From: an uncultured Chloroflexia bacterium
GTDB lineage: Bacteria > Chloroflexota > Limnocylindria > QHBO01
Direction: 5' to 3'
DNA length: 64,000 nt
NCBI GenBank assembly: GCA_963814375.1
Contig: CAWFCQ010000008.1
Coordinates: 1-64,000 of the forward strand
The stretch's first letter is position 1, and each line of letters starts with the position of its first letter. The position numbers were made by a program, and so were the translations under genes. Shown here in pieces: positions 1-10,097 of the stretch. The notes under the pieces are model-generated. The model ran no database searches. It worked only from the letters and a program-made list of their open reading frames with translations, and was not told the DNA's origin.

Positions 1-40
1 CGGCGGGATCGGTGTGTCGAAGTTCGAACGCTCGCTTGCT

Positions 41-684
41 TCAGCGATATCGGTCCTTTGCCTGTTCGCCGGCCCGCTTGCGCTCGTCGCCGGCCCAGAT
101 CTCGACGAGCTGGACCTGGACCTTCAACCGATGCCGGCGCGCTGACACATCCGTCCCAGCAGTTGGTGCGCCCGTAGGCTGCCGGAAGCTCAGGGCGTCG
201 TCCGACCCGCGCGCGATCTCGATCTCGTCCGCCGTGCGCGCCTCCCACGCGGCGATGTCCGCCACGAGGGCCGCGGAGGGATCGGCCTCGGCGTCGAGGC
301 GATCAAGCAGCGGCTTGCCGGCGTCATGGGCGTCGCCCAGGAGCGCGGACGCCTCGATGTGATCCGCCTCGAAGAGGTCCGAGAGATCGAGGCGGTCGTA
401 GAAGGCGCGGCGGGTGGCATTGCGCGGCGCGATGCGTCGGTCTCCGGGTGGCTCAGCTCGTAGGCGTCCTCGACGGCCTTCGCGAGGCGGCGGGCTCGGA
501 GGTGGTCGGCATCGGCGCGCGGCTCGATCCACAGCCAGTACACCAGCAGGAGCGCCAGCGGCACGAGTGCGCCGACCACGTACAGCACCGGATCGCGGGG
601 CGCGGAGATCGCCAGCCCCGTCACGAACGAGGTGATGAGACTCGCGACCAGGACGCCCACCAGCTCGGCCGCTCGCCGTCCCAT
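41..684 (-). CDS. Hypothetical membrane protein (2 N-terminal TM helices), frameshifted near 430
   Basis: ORF 190..684 N-terminus (two hydrophobic segments) joins ORF 41..712 C-terminus (RRAFYDRLDL...); TAGAGT-N6-ATG leaderless-type start. Confidence 0.6.
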
Positions 685-742
685 GCCCCGACTCTAGCGG
701 GCGGTGCGCCACGGCGCACCGGGCATGTCTTGGGCGACCACC

Positions 743-1246
743 TCAGGCGCGGCGGTTTGCAAGCCTCATGCGGATGAACATCAGAGCCGTGCCGAGCAGC
801 ACGAAACCGGCGATAGCCGCCACCGCATCGGGCCGCGCATCGGTGGCCGTGTTCGGCAGCGTGCCCGTCACAGTGATGCCGTCGGAGTCGCCGCACTCGG
901 ATTCCGGGAGCAACGCCACGACGGTGATGTCACCCGGGCTCCCGGTTGCGGTAAACGTGACGCTGAAGTCTTGGCCTTCCGGGGTGGTAACAGCCGGCAC
1001 GGCATCCTCGGCGGGTGACGCATCGGCCCCGGGCAGCACGAAGATCGACGCGCCGCCAAAGTTGCCCGAAACCGTGAACTGGCCACCGACCGGGACGGTC
1101 CCGGGCTCGGCGGTCACGACGCATCCGCTGGGGTGATCGCCCTCCGACTCGGGATGGGCCAGCACGACGCCGGTCGTAAGGGCCACGAGCGCGGTGGCGG
1201 CGACGAGTGCCGCGCTGAATCGGGTAACGGATCCTGAAGTCCCCAT
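743..1246 (-). CDS. Secreted protein with C-terminal LPNTA sorting signal
   Basis: Signal peptide ending VLA; C-terminal LPNTA + hydrophobic helix + basic tail (RMRLANRRA). Confidence 0.8.
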   Translation of the reverse strand: MGTSGSVTRFSAALVAATALVALTTGVVLAHPESEGDHPSGCVVTAEPGTVPVGGQFTVSGNFGGASIFVLPGADASPAEDAVPAVTTPEGQDFSVTFTATGSPGDITVVALLPESECGDSDGITVTGTLPNTATDARPDAVAAIAGFVLLGTALMFIRMRLANRRA

Positions 1247-1320
1247 TCTTCACTCCTCCGTGAAACCGTGGGGCACGCACAACGAGTTTGCGCCCACGGC
1301 GCAAGGGCCCGGCATGAGGA

Positions 1321-1349
1321 AACGGCCGCCGGATGGACCGGCGGCCGTT
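1321..1349 (-). terminator. Stem-loop terminator downstream of the lipoprotein gene
   Basis: AACGGCCGCCGG-ATGGA-CCGGCGGCCGTT perfect 12-bp stem. Confidence 0.65.
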
Positions 1350-1368
1350 CGCGAGAGAGGTGCCTGGG

Positions 1369-1888
1369 CTACGGGATCGCCACGAAGCCCAGGATCTGCG
1401 CGTTCGGGTTGAAGACGATGCCGTTGGCCTCCTCGAGGCCGAGCAGCTCGGCGTTGGCCATGTCCCAGCTGTCGCCCTCGTTGTCCATGCCGAGGACCTC
1501 GAGCATCGGACCGTCGAAGGTCGGTTCGGCCGGGTCGCTGACCGAGGTCGCCAGGTAGATGGTGCCATCGGTGTCGCGGAAGAGGACGCCGTGGACGAGC
1601 GACGGGAGCTCTCCGTCGGGGCCGCCATCCAGGGTCTCCTGGATCGTGGCGCCCGGACCGGAGAACGCCATCTCGGCGACGGTGATCGTGCCGGCACTCT
1701 CGCGCTCCTCATCGGCAGGCTCTGAGGGCTCTTCCGAAGGGACGACCGATCGGTTCGGCCGATGGGGTGGTGGCCGGCTCGCTTGGCGATGGCGCCTCCG
1801 ATGACGGGGCTCCTCCGCTCGTGCCGCAAGCAACCAGGACGATCGCGAGAATCGAGAGCGCGATGAAGGATCGCATCGGATGAGTCAT
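1369..1888 (-). CDS. Lipoprotein, frameshifted near 1745
   Basis: Lipobox LVAC, Ser/Pro linker, then an acidic domain in ORF 1369..1833. Confidence 0.7.
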
Positions 1889-2071
1889 GGCTCGGTTGTC
1901 TCGTACGGGCGGCTCATGGGTCGGCCGCGGTCTGGACGCATCCTCGTGGCGCGCGATGCCGCGTTCATTGGGCATCTGTCTCAGGGCAGATGAGGCAATC
2001 GGGCGTACATCCGCGGCCGGCAGGCAACGAACGACGTGACCGCAGCCCAGTGGTCGCCGCCGCCCGCAGTT

Positions 2072-2200
2072 TTCTCCGTGCCAGTAATCAACGGAGACCG
2101 AGGACGGGTTCGAGGCCCGGTTGTTACCCGGGCTGGACAATCCACAACGAGAATCGGGCTAGATCGGCGTTCCTTCTCCGTTGGTTACCAGAACCGGTAA
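2072..2200 (+). repeat. Triple-box element copy 1
   Basis: Boxes at 2072 (TTCTC-N6-AGTAA), 2124 (TTACC-N6-GGACA), 2185 (TTACC-N6-GGTAA); inward TCAACGGAGA / TCTCCGTTGG. Confidence 0.9.
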
Positions 2201-2350
2201 ACCTCGGCGAGCCCTGACGTGCGCCCACTGTTGAGCGTACGCCTGAGTGCAACGTCGTAGAGCCCGGGGCTGGACGGCGGCGGTATCGTCAAGCTAACAA
2301 CCGTAGGCAGGCACCGACGCACCGGTTGTGCCCACGCGGCGTCGAATGGA

Positions 2351-2704
2351 TTGTTGAGTCTCGCGAATCGCGTCGACGCGCTGGCGGTCCAGCTGCCGGA
2401 GGGCGATCCTCGGAAGGCGGAGTTCCGACGCCTGATCGCCGCCCTGGCCGATGAGTGCGGCTGCACGATGGGCGGCATCTTCCTCGTGGCCGCAACCGTC
2501 GTCGCCATCGGCTGGTTCGTCGTCACCGGCGGACTCGGTATCGGCTCGGGGGCCCTGGCGGCCGCCCTCGTCTTCGCCGCGTCCCTGGTCGGCAAGGCGA
2601 TCGGGCTCGGAATCGCCCGCATCCGGCTGCTCCGCCTCCGGCACGAGCTCACCGCGCGGCTCGCATCGGTCCCGATCGCGGCTCCCGCGCAGGGCGAGAG
2701 CTGA
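2351..2704 (+). CDS. Small membrane protein (2 TM) with an ECGC motif
   Basis: Hydrophobic hairpin after DECGC; stop lies 3 nt before the next gene; start uncertain. Confidence 0.7.
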   Translation: MLSLANRVDALAVQLPEGDPRKAEFRRLIAALADECGCTMGGIFLVAATVVAIGWFVVTGGLGIGSGALAAALVFAASLVGKAIGLGIARIRLLRLRHELTARLASVPIAAPAQGES

Positions 2705-2707
2705 CCC

Positions 2708-4770
2708 ATGTCGAGCTGCACGAAGTGGGTCACCCGGCTGGTCATCACCTGCGACAACTGGTCGCAGAAGGTCGACTACGAGTGCACCACATGGGCGGAT
2801 GAGGGCTCCTACGAGTGCTCGGAATGGGCGGATGAGGGGCGCAACGAGTGCGGCGACTGGGGGAAGAAGTGCAAGTGGTACACGCCGTGGAACTGCGTCG
2901 CGGAGTGGTTCTGCAAGGCGTGGTACTGGGTCGCTGAGTGGGTCTGCAAAGGCTGGTTCTGGCTCGCGAAGTGGGTCTGCAAGGCGTTCGCCTGGGTGGT
3001 CAAGGGATCTGCGTCGTCTTCTCGTGGTTGCTGACACTCGTCTGCGTCGCCTGGGACTGGCTGCGCTGCGCGATCCTCGCCATCGTCGCGCTGTTCACGG
3101 AGCTCTTCGGCGGTCGGGGTCGTGAGCGCCAGCGCAAGGTCGATCGGGTCTTCGTCCTCATGCTCGAGAACCGCTCGTTCGACCACATGTACGCGTTCAG
3201 CGGGCTCACCGGCGTGGGGATCGATGGTCAGCCGACGACGGCGGACGTGGCCGGGCCGGCCGACACGAACATGGATCCGACCACGAATCAGCCGGTCGCC
3301 ATCAGCCAGCCCGCCGACTTCGCTCTCAAGAACGTCGACAAGGACCCGCCCCACGAGTTCTGCGACGCGCTCGTTGCGCTGACCGGCGTCGACGTCTTCG
3401 ACCCGGCCGTCGGCTACCCGCCGATCAATAACTCGGGCTTCGTCGCGCACTACCTCGCCAAGGGCGGCGCCAGCGCCCAGCGAGCGATGAGCGTCTTCGG
3501 ACCGGAGCAGCTTCCCGTGCTCAACACCCTCGCCCGCGAGTTCGCGGTGTGCGACGCCTGGTTCTCGTCGCTGCCGGGCCCGACCTGGCCGAATCGGTTC
3601 TTCGCGATGGCGGCGTCATCCGGCTCGCTCGACGACAGCCCGAGCACGGCCGACGTCATCCTCTCGGAGACGCTCAACGGTTACCGATTCTGGAACGGCA
3701 CGATCTTCGACAAGCTCGACGACCGATGCATCGAGTGGAACGTCGTCGAGGGTGACGAGTTCCCGGTCGCCTTCGCGCTGCACGGCATGAACCTCAACGC
3801 GCTCCAGGGCCGGTTCGAGGACTTCTCCGACTGGACGTCCTCGGTGCAGGGGGCGGGGTACGGTCCGAAGTTCATCTTCATCGAGCCGCAGTACGGCGAG
3901 TCCACCTTCGGCGGCACCGGGCCTGGCGACTACACGTGCGGCAACTCGATGCATCCGCTCGACGACGTCGTGCGCGGCGAGCGCCTCATCAAGGACACCT
4001 ACGAGGCAATCCGCAGCTCACCGCACTGGGAGTCGAGCATGCTGATCGTCACCTTCGACGAGCACGGCGGCTTCTACGACCACGTCGCGCCGCCCGCCGC
4101 CGTGCCGCCCGGCGACGTCGCGGTCGACAGCTATAACCACTACGGCTTCAAGTTCGACCAGCTCGGCGTCCGCGTCCCGACGCTCGTCATCTCGCCGTGG
4201 ACCGCGAAGGGCGTGATCGATCACACGACCTACGACCACACCTCGATCCTCTCGACCGTCGAGCGCCTCTTCGGCTTCGGGGCGCTGACCAACCGCGACG
4301 CCGCCGCGGCCGACGCCCTGCACCTGCTGAGCCTCGAGGCACCGCGGACCGATGCGCCGCTCACCCTCCCGGAGCCGGCAACCAATCCGACTCCGCTGGG
4401 CTGCTCGGACGAGGAGGAGTCGGAGGACGTCCTGCTGCGGCGTCGGTCCGAGCTGCGGCTGTCCCGAGAGGACCGCCAAGCGCGTGCCGCGGATGGAGAG
4501 GCCGGCGACGTCACGGAGGAGCCCGTCGCGAGCTCGACTCAGCTCGGCTTCGCGCAGGTCGCCCTCATGAAGGTGCTCCAGAGCGCGCGGTATCCCGAGC
4601 GCGAGCGCTGGCGCGAACAGTTCGAGACGATCGCGACCCAGGCCGATGCGGAGCTCTTCATGGTCGAGGCAAAGCTCGCGATTCGCCATGACGTCGACTT
4701 CAAGCGTCCGCGCGACACGGACCGTCCGGGAGGGACGCGCGACGCTCGCCTGGGGGCAACCCGCCGTTAA
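2708..4770 (+). CDS. Phosphoesterase / phospholipase C (AcpA/PlcH-like) with N-terminal Cys/Trp 11-residue repeat domain; frameshift near 3005
   Basis: VLMLENRSFDH, GPTWPNR, TFDEHGGFYDHV and GVRVP motifs; one extra G in AAGGGATC fuses ORF 2708..3034 to ORF 2938..4770. Confidence 0.85.
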
Positions 4771-4786
4771 CCGCGCCTCCGGTCGG

Positions 4787-5344
4787 TCAGCTGACCTGAT
4801 GGGAGATCACCGGATCGCCATCGACCTCGCGGGTCCTCGTCAGCCACAGGTGCTCGCCGTCGGGCACGTCGAAGATGATCCAGTAGACGCTCCCTTCGGC
4901 CATGCCGGGTTGGAGCTCATCGGCCGTGAGCTGTTGCGGACGCTCGGGCGGACCTGTCCCGTCGTCGCACCTGAAGTCGAAGAAATGGGTGCCGTCCGCA
5001 TCGTCGCGGACAGCCCATCCGATCAGCGGGTCCAGCACGTCGGGATCGGGTATCTCCTCGTGGATCTCGACCGCCAGGCACCAGCCGTCGTCGTTGGCTG
5101 AGGGATCCCATCGGCGAAGGTCGGCCACCTCGTACAGGAACCCGTCGATCGTCACTGGCTCGCCGAGCTCGAGCTGCATCGGCGCATCGGCTGAATCGGA
5201 GACCGGGTACGGCGCCTGGGTCGTGGCGGGTAACGCCTCCCAGGAGCTCGACGTAGCGATCGTGGGTTGGCCGGCGTCGGTTGCACAGCCCGTCGCGGCG
5301 GTGGCGAGGCCAACGATCGCGACGGCGACGCGACGGGTGAGCAT
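4787..5344 (-). CDS. Lipoprotein of unknown function
   Basis: MLTRRVAVAIVGLATAATGC lipobox-like signal; acidic beta-rich domain. Confidence 0.7.
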   Translation of the reverse strand: MLTRRVAVAIVGLATAATGCATDAGQPTIATSSSWEALPATTQAPYPVSDSADAPMQLELGEPVTIDGFLYEVADLRRWDPSANDDGWCLAVEIHEEIPDPDVLDPLIGWAVRDDADGTHFFDFRCDDGTGPPERPQQLTADELQPGMAEGSVYWIIFDVPDGEHLWLTRTREVDGDPVISHQVS

Positions 5345-5382
5345 CGGCGGAGTATCGGTGATGCGCTGCCGCTGCACTTGCT

Positions 5383-5512
5383 TTCTCCGTGCGGGTAACC
5401 AACGGAGAGGAAGGGTGCATTCGATGGTCGCGTGTTACCAGGATTGGGAAATCCACGACGAGAATCGGCCCGGATCGGGTCTTCCTTCGCCGATGGTTAC
5501 CAGCTGGGGTAA
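5383..5512 (+). repeat. Triple-box element copy 2
   Basis: Boxes at 5383, 5435, 5497 (52/62 spacing); CCAACGGAGA; ATCCACGACGAGAATCGG identical in copy 3 and one mismatch in copy 1. Confidence 0.9.
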
Positions 5513-5696
5513 ACCACGGCGCGAAATCGGTGCCCTTGCCATCGGGGGGAGAATGTAGGGGAGAGACCGCGCCCCGAGTGCGCGGCGCCACAGGACCGAT
5601 GGGCGCTGCACGCGACTACCTCTCCGGAGGCCCGTGCCCAGCCACGCCGGCGCTCCAGACAGCCCCGCTGCGGGCATGTTTCGGAGGAGCACGCTG

Positions 5697-7919
5697 ATGC
5701 TGGACCCACGAACGCCGCTTCGCGACCTCGACCTCAATCTCGACGACCTCGTCGTCAAATGGCCCTGGCTCGGCTTCGGGATTCAAGGAGTCGAGGTCAC
5801 CCAGGCGGTTCAGTACTACGACAGCGAGAAGCACCTGACCGATGCTGCCGATCGGCAGCCGGACAACAGCGTGACGCTCATCGCCGGCAAGCCCGCGTGG
5901 GTTCGCGTCTACGTTCGCAGCGGCTGGTTCTCGGGTGACATCGCCGGCGTCACGGGCACCATCAGCGTCCGTCGGCGCGACTTCGGGTTCCTGTACCTGC
6001 CGGCCGGCACCCTGACCGCGGAGCCTCCGGGGACGGTGACCGCTCGCCGCAGCCCGTCGTACGCCACGGAGCGCGGGACGCTGGGCTACACGCTGAACTT
6101 CATCATCCCGGCGGCGATGATGTGCGGGCATCTCAGGCTCGACGTCCACGTCACATCACCGGGCGGCTGGACTGCCGACCAGCGCGTCTACATCGACGCC
6201 ACGCTGCAGCAGACGGTGCGCCTCGCCGGAATCATGGTCGGCTACAACGGCCCGTCGAGCACCGCGGCCGGGGCTCCGAACATCACGCGGGCGGCCCCGA
6301 CGCTGAACGACCTTCGGACCACCTCGGCCTGGACGCTGACCACGTTCCCGGTCAGGAGCTTCGCCACCTATCGCACGGCGGGGACGGTGACGTGGAACCT
6401 CCCGCTCACCGATCCGCCGAGCTGTCCGGGCTGTTGTACGCCGAACTGGGTTGCGCTGAACACCGCCGTTCAGCAGGTCCGGATCGCCGACGGCAATCGG
6501 ACCGACGTCCTCTACTACGGGCTCATGGCAGCGGGGATACCGATGGGCCCCATCATCGGCTGCAACAGCGGGGGAGTGAGCACGGGATCGATCGGCGACG
6601 AGGTGACGATGGCCCACGAGCTCGGTCACGCGTGCGGCCGACCGCACTCGCCGTGCGGGACGCCGGGCGATCCCGCCTATCCCGCCTACGAGCCATACGA
6701 TCCGGCTGGCACGCCGATGGCCTCGGTCGGCGAGTACGGACTCGACATCACCAACGGCGCGATCAAGTCGCCGGCCACCTTCAAGGACTTCATGTCCTAC
6801 TGTGGTCCGCGATGGATCTCACTCTTCGTCACGGGCCGTCTGACCAACAACGCGTTGCTCGATCCGGTCCGTGTCTGCGAGGACCGTCCATGGTGGGTCG
6901 ACGAGATCCTCATCGATCGCCAGCTCATCCCCGAGAAGTGGCTCCCGAACCCGCCACCTGAGCTTCCCTGGCTGGAGCGCACCGTGACACCGCAGCCGGT
7001 CATCTCAATCATCGGCGTCCTGCACGGCCCGAACGAGCTCGAGGTCCGCAGCGTGGTGCGCGTCGAAGCCGAGAGCGCGATCACGAACGGCCGCGCCCTC
7101 GACATGCGGGCAGAGCTGGTCGGCCGGCAGGGCGCAGTCGTCGCGAGCGGGGCGCTCTACGCGCTCCAGTCGTACGCGAACGGCGACTGCGGCTGCGATG
7201 GCGGCCCCGAAGACGAGGCGGGCGAGACGTACCCGCGCCTCGTTCAGGCCTTCGTCCCCGACGCCGAGCCGGGCTCCGAGCTGCGGATCACCCGCGGCGA
7301 CGAGATCGCATGGTCGCGGAAGGCGTCAGCACGGCGACCGAAGATCGGCGAGACCGCAGCGAGTCTCGAAGGTGACCGACTCGAGGTCAGCTGGTCCACC
7401 GACGCGGCCGGCGAGACGGAGCCGGAAGCGCTCGTTCAGTGGAGTTCCGACCGCGGTCGGACCTGGCATGGTCTTGGCGCTGGGCTTCGCGGCGATTCCG
7501 CGCGGCTCGATGCGCGTGGGCTGCCGTCCGGACGGGTCTCGATCCGCGTGCTCGTCAGCGACGGGTTCCACACTGCCACCTCCCGCACCGTGAGCGTGGC
7601 CATCAAGGCACGGCCACCGGAGCTCAGCATCCTCAGCCCTCGCGACGGAAACACCTTCGCGGCCGGCGCGCCGATGCGCCTGTGGGGCATGACGTCGGAT
7701 GCGGCCGAGGATTCCAGCGACGACGACTCGACAGTCTGGGAGGTCGACGGCAAGGAGGTCGCGACCGGGCTGGACGCCTTCGTCACCGCTCCGAGGCCTG
7801 GAAACCACCGGGCCACGCTGCGCACGCGCGGTCGCGGGCGGCGTGCTGAGGCGACGGTCAGGTTCCGGACGGTCGAGTTCGGCGAGGAGCGCGATGCCGA
7901 ATCGCCTGACGCCCGCTGA
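5697..7919 (+). CDS. Metzincin-type zinc metalloprotease with C-terminal Ig/Fn3-like domains
   Basis: HELGHACGRPH (HExxHxxGxxH) and DFMSY Met-turn; RBS GGAGGAG before ATG 5697. Confidence 0.85.
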   Translation: MLDPRTPLRDLDLNLDDLVVKWPWLGFGIQGVEVTQAVQYYDSEKHLTDAADRQPDNSVTLIAGKPAWVRVYVRSGWFSGDIAGVTGTISVRRRDFGFLYLPAGTLTAEPPGTVTARRSPSYATERGTLGYTLNFIIPAAMMCGHLRLDVHVTSPGGWTADQRVYIDATLQQTVRLAGIMVGYNGPSSTAAGAPNITRAAPTLNDLRTTSAWTLTTFPVRSFATYRTAGTVTWNLPLTDPPSCPGCCTPNWVALNTAVQQVRIADGNRTDVLYYGLMAAGIPMGPIIGCNSGGVSTGSIGDEVTMAHELGHACGRPHSPCGTPGDPAYPAYEPYDPAGTPMASVGEYGLDITNGAIKSPATFKDFMSYCGPRWISLFVTGRLTNNALLDPVRVCEDRPWWVDEILIDRQLIPEKWLPNPPPELPWLERTVTPQPVISIIGVLHGPNELEVRSVVRVEAESAITNGRALDMRAELVGRQGAVVASGALYALQSYANGDCGCDGGPEDEAGETYPRLVQAFVPDAEPGSELRITRGDEIAWSRKASARRPKIGETAASLEGDRLEVSWSTDAAGETEPEALVQWSSDRGRTWHGLGAGLRGDSARLDARGLPSGRVSIRVLVSDGFHTATSRTVSVAIKARPPELSILSPRDGNTFAAGAPMRLWGMTSDAAEDSSDDDSTVWEVDGKEVATGLDAFVTAPRPGNHRATLRTRGRGRRAEATVRFRTVEFGEERDAESPDAR

Positions 7920-7996
7920 CCTCACCGGGATGGTGTTCGCGGCTGCTCGTTGACGAGCGGCCGCGAGCGCCTCGATCCCGCGGCGTCCGTTGCCGT

Positions 7997-8126
7997 TTAT
8001 CCGTCTCGGTAAGCAACGGAGAGCGAGGACGGTCTCGATGTCCGCGCGTTACCGGCCATGAGAAATCCACGACGAGAATCGGTCCAGATCGGTCGCTCCT
8101 TCGCCGTTAGTTACCGAAGCGAGTAA
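7997..8126 (+). repeat. Triple-box element copy 3
   Basis: Boxes at 7997, 8049, 8111 (52/62); GCAACGGAGA / TCGCCGTTAG. Confidence 0.9.
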
Positions 8127-8147
8127 ACGGCGCGGAGACGTCCGCGT

Positions 8148-8174
8148 TGTCACGCCACGCCTGCGTGTCCCGTC
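8148..8174 (+). promoter_or_regulatory. ECF41 (SigJ)-type promoter
   Basis: TGTCACG-N16-CGTC matches the ECF41 consensus TGTCACA-n16-CGTC and lies upstream of the epimerase-sigma pair. Confidence 0.75.
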
Positions 8175-8208
8175 ACCCCTCTGGACACACATCCAGAAGG
8201 GGAGACTC

Positions 8209-9150
8209 ATGAAGGTTCTCGTTGCGGGAGCGACCGGCGTCATCGGACGACAGCTCCTGCCAAAGCTCGTGGCCGCCGGTCACGAGGTCGCGGGCACGAC
8301 GCGCACGCCTGACAAGGAGCGCGTCGTGCGCGAGCTGGGCGCAAGGCCCTTCGTCGTCGACATCCTCGATGCCGATGCGGTCGCGCGAGCGGTGGCGGAC
8401 TTCGCGCCGGAGGTGATCGTCCACGAGGCGACGGCGCTATCGTCGGTTGACATGCGCCACTTCGAGCGCGCCTTCGCCGTGACGAATCGCCTCCGAACGG
8501 AGGGAACCGATCATCTGCTGTCGGCCGGCCGCGCCATCGGCGTTCAACGCTTCGTCGCGCAGAGCTTCGCCGGCTGGCCCTTCGCCCGCAGCGGGCCGCG
8601 CGTCAAGACGGAGGACGATGCCCTCGATCCCGACCCGATCGGACCGATGCGAACCACGCTCGCCGCGATCCGGCATCTCGAGGCCGCCGTCATCGGCGCC
8701 GGCTGGACCGACGGGATCGTGCTTCGCTACGGCGCTCTGTATGGTCCCGGCACGTCGATGGATGCCGATGGCGGCGACATGACCGCGATGATCCGCCGCG
8801 GCTTCTTCCCGATCATCGGCGATGGCGAGGGCATGTCGTCCTTCATTCATGTCGCCGATGCGGCGGACGCGACCGTCGCGGCAGTCGAGCATGGCACCCG
8901 TGGTGTGTACCAGGTCGTCGACGACGAACCGGCGCCGGCACGCGAGTGGCTGCCTGCGGTCGCCGCCGCCCTCGGGGCGCCGAAGCCGCGACGGATCCCG
9001 CGCTGGCTGGGGCGGCTGCTCGCCGGCGAGGCGATCGTGGCGATCTCGACCGAGACGCGTGGCGCGACGAACGACCGCGCCAAGCGCGTGCTCGGCTGGA
9101 CGCCACGCCACGCCTCGTGGCGTGACTCGCTGGGTCGGGCGGGCGCGTGA
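8209..9150 (+). CDS. NAD-dependent epimerase/dehydratase family protein
   Basis: GATGVIG Rossmann motif, LRYGALYGPG, SFIHVADAA. Confidence 0.9.
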   Translation: MKVLVAGATGVIGRQLLPKLVAAGHEVAGTTRTPDKERVVRELGARPFVVDILDADAVARAVADFAPEVIVHEATALSSVDMRHFERAFAVTNRLRTEGTDHLLSAGRAIGVQRFVAQSFAGWPFARSGPRVKTEDDALDPDPIGPMRTTLAAIRHLEAAVIGAGWTDGIVLRYGALYGPGTSMDADGGDMTAMIRRGFFPIIGDGEGMSSFIHVADAADATVAAVEHGTRGVYQVVDDEPAPAREWLPAVAAALGAPKPRRIPRWLGRLLAGEAIVAISTETRGATNDRAKRVLGWTPRHASWRDSLGRAGA

Positions 9151-10097
9151 CGAAGGCCGCCGCAGACCTCGAGCCGCTGCGACGGCGCGCCTTCGCGATC
9201 GCGTATCGGATGCTCGGATCGGTGGCGGAGGCCGAGGATGTCGTGCAGGAAACCCTCATCCGCCTCCACCGCGCGACCGAGGCCGGGCAGAAGATCGAGT
9301 CGCCGCAGGCGTACGCAGCGACGATCACGACCCGGCTGGCGATCGACGTCCTTCGCTCGGCGCGCGTCCGCCGCGAGCAATACGTGGGTGACTGGCTGCC
9401 CGAGCCGCTGGTGGAAGCTCCCGAAGGCGATCCGGCGCAACGGGCGGAGATGGTCGACTCCCTCTCCTTCGCCTTCCTGGCGGTACTCGAGCGGCTGACG
9501 CCGGAGCAGCGTGCCGTGTTCCTCCTCCGCGACGTGTTCGACTACGGCTACGACGAGATCGCCGAGATCGTCGACAAGACTCCGGAGAACGCCCGCCAGC
9601 TGGCCGTTCGTGCGCGACGCCGAGTTCGCGAGGGACGACCACGGTTCGCGGTGTCATCCCGGCAGCGCGACCGGCTGGCGTCGAGCTTCTTCGCCGCCGT
9701 CGAAGGCGGCGACCTCAAGGCGCTCGAGGCCTGCCTGGCCGAGGACGTCGTGCTGCGGGGCGACGGCGGCGGCAAGGCTCCGGCACTCGGCCACTCGATC
9801 GTCGGACGCGCCGACGTCGCCCGCGCGCTGATGGCCTGGACTCGCATCGGCGAGCGGTTCGGCGGGTCTCTCCAACGCGTGACGGTCAACGGCGGACCGG
9901 GTGCGCTGGCGCTGGATCCGGACGGACGGTTGCTTGCCGTGTGGGCATTGGACGTCACCGACGGCGGGATCCGCGGCGTGGCCTCCATGGTGAACCCGGA
10001 CAAGCTCCGCCACATCGGCGAGGTCGGGTCGATGCGCGATGCCCTGGACAGCCTCAGTCGGCAGCGTAGACCCGACGCGGGCCCTCGATCCCCTTGA
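9147..10097 (+). CDS. sigJ: ECF41 sigma factor (SigJ-like) with SnoaL-like C-terminus
   Basis: AYRMLGSVAEAEDVVQE, YVGDWLPEP, DGGGK and NPDKL ECF41 signatures. Confidence 0.88.
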   Translation: MTKAAADLEPLRRRAFAIAYRMLGSVAEAEDVVQETLIRLHRATEAGQKIESPQAYAATITTRLAIDVLRSARVRREQYVGDWLPEPLVEAPEGDPAQRAEMVDSLSFAFLAVLERLTPEQRAVFLLRDVFDYGYDEIAEIVDKTPENARQLAVRARRRVREGRPRFAVSSRQRDRLASSFFAAVEGGDLKALEACLAEDVVLRGDGGGKAPALGHSIVGRADVARALMAWTRIGERFGGSLQRVTVNGGPGALALDPDGRLLAVWALDVTDGGIRGVASMVNPDKLRHIGEVGSMRDALDSLSRQRRPDAGPRSP

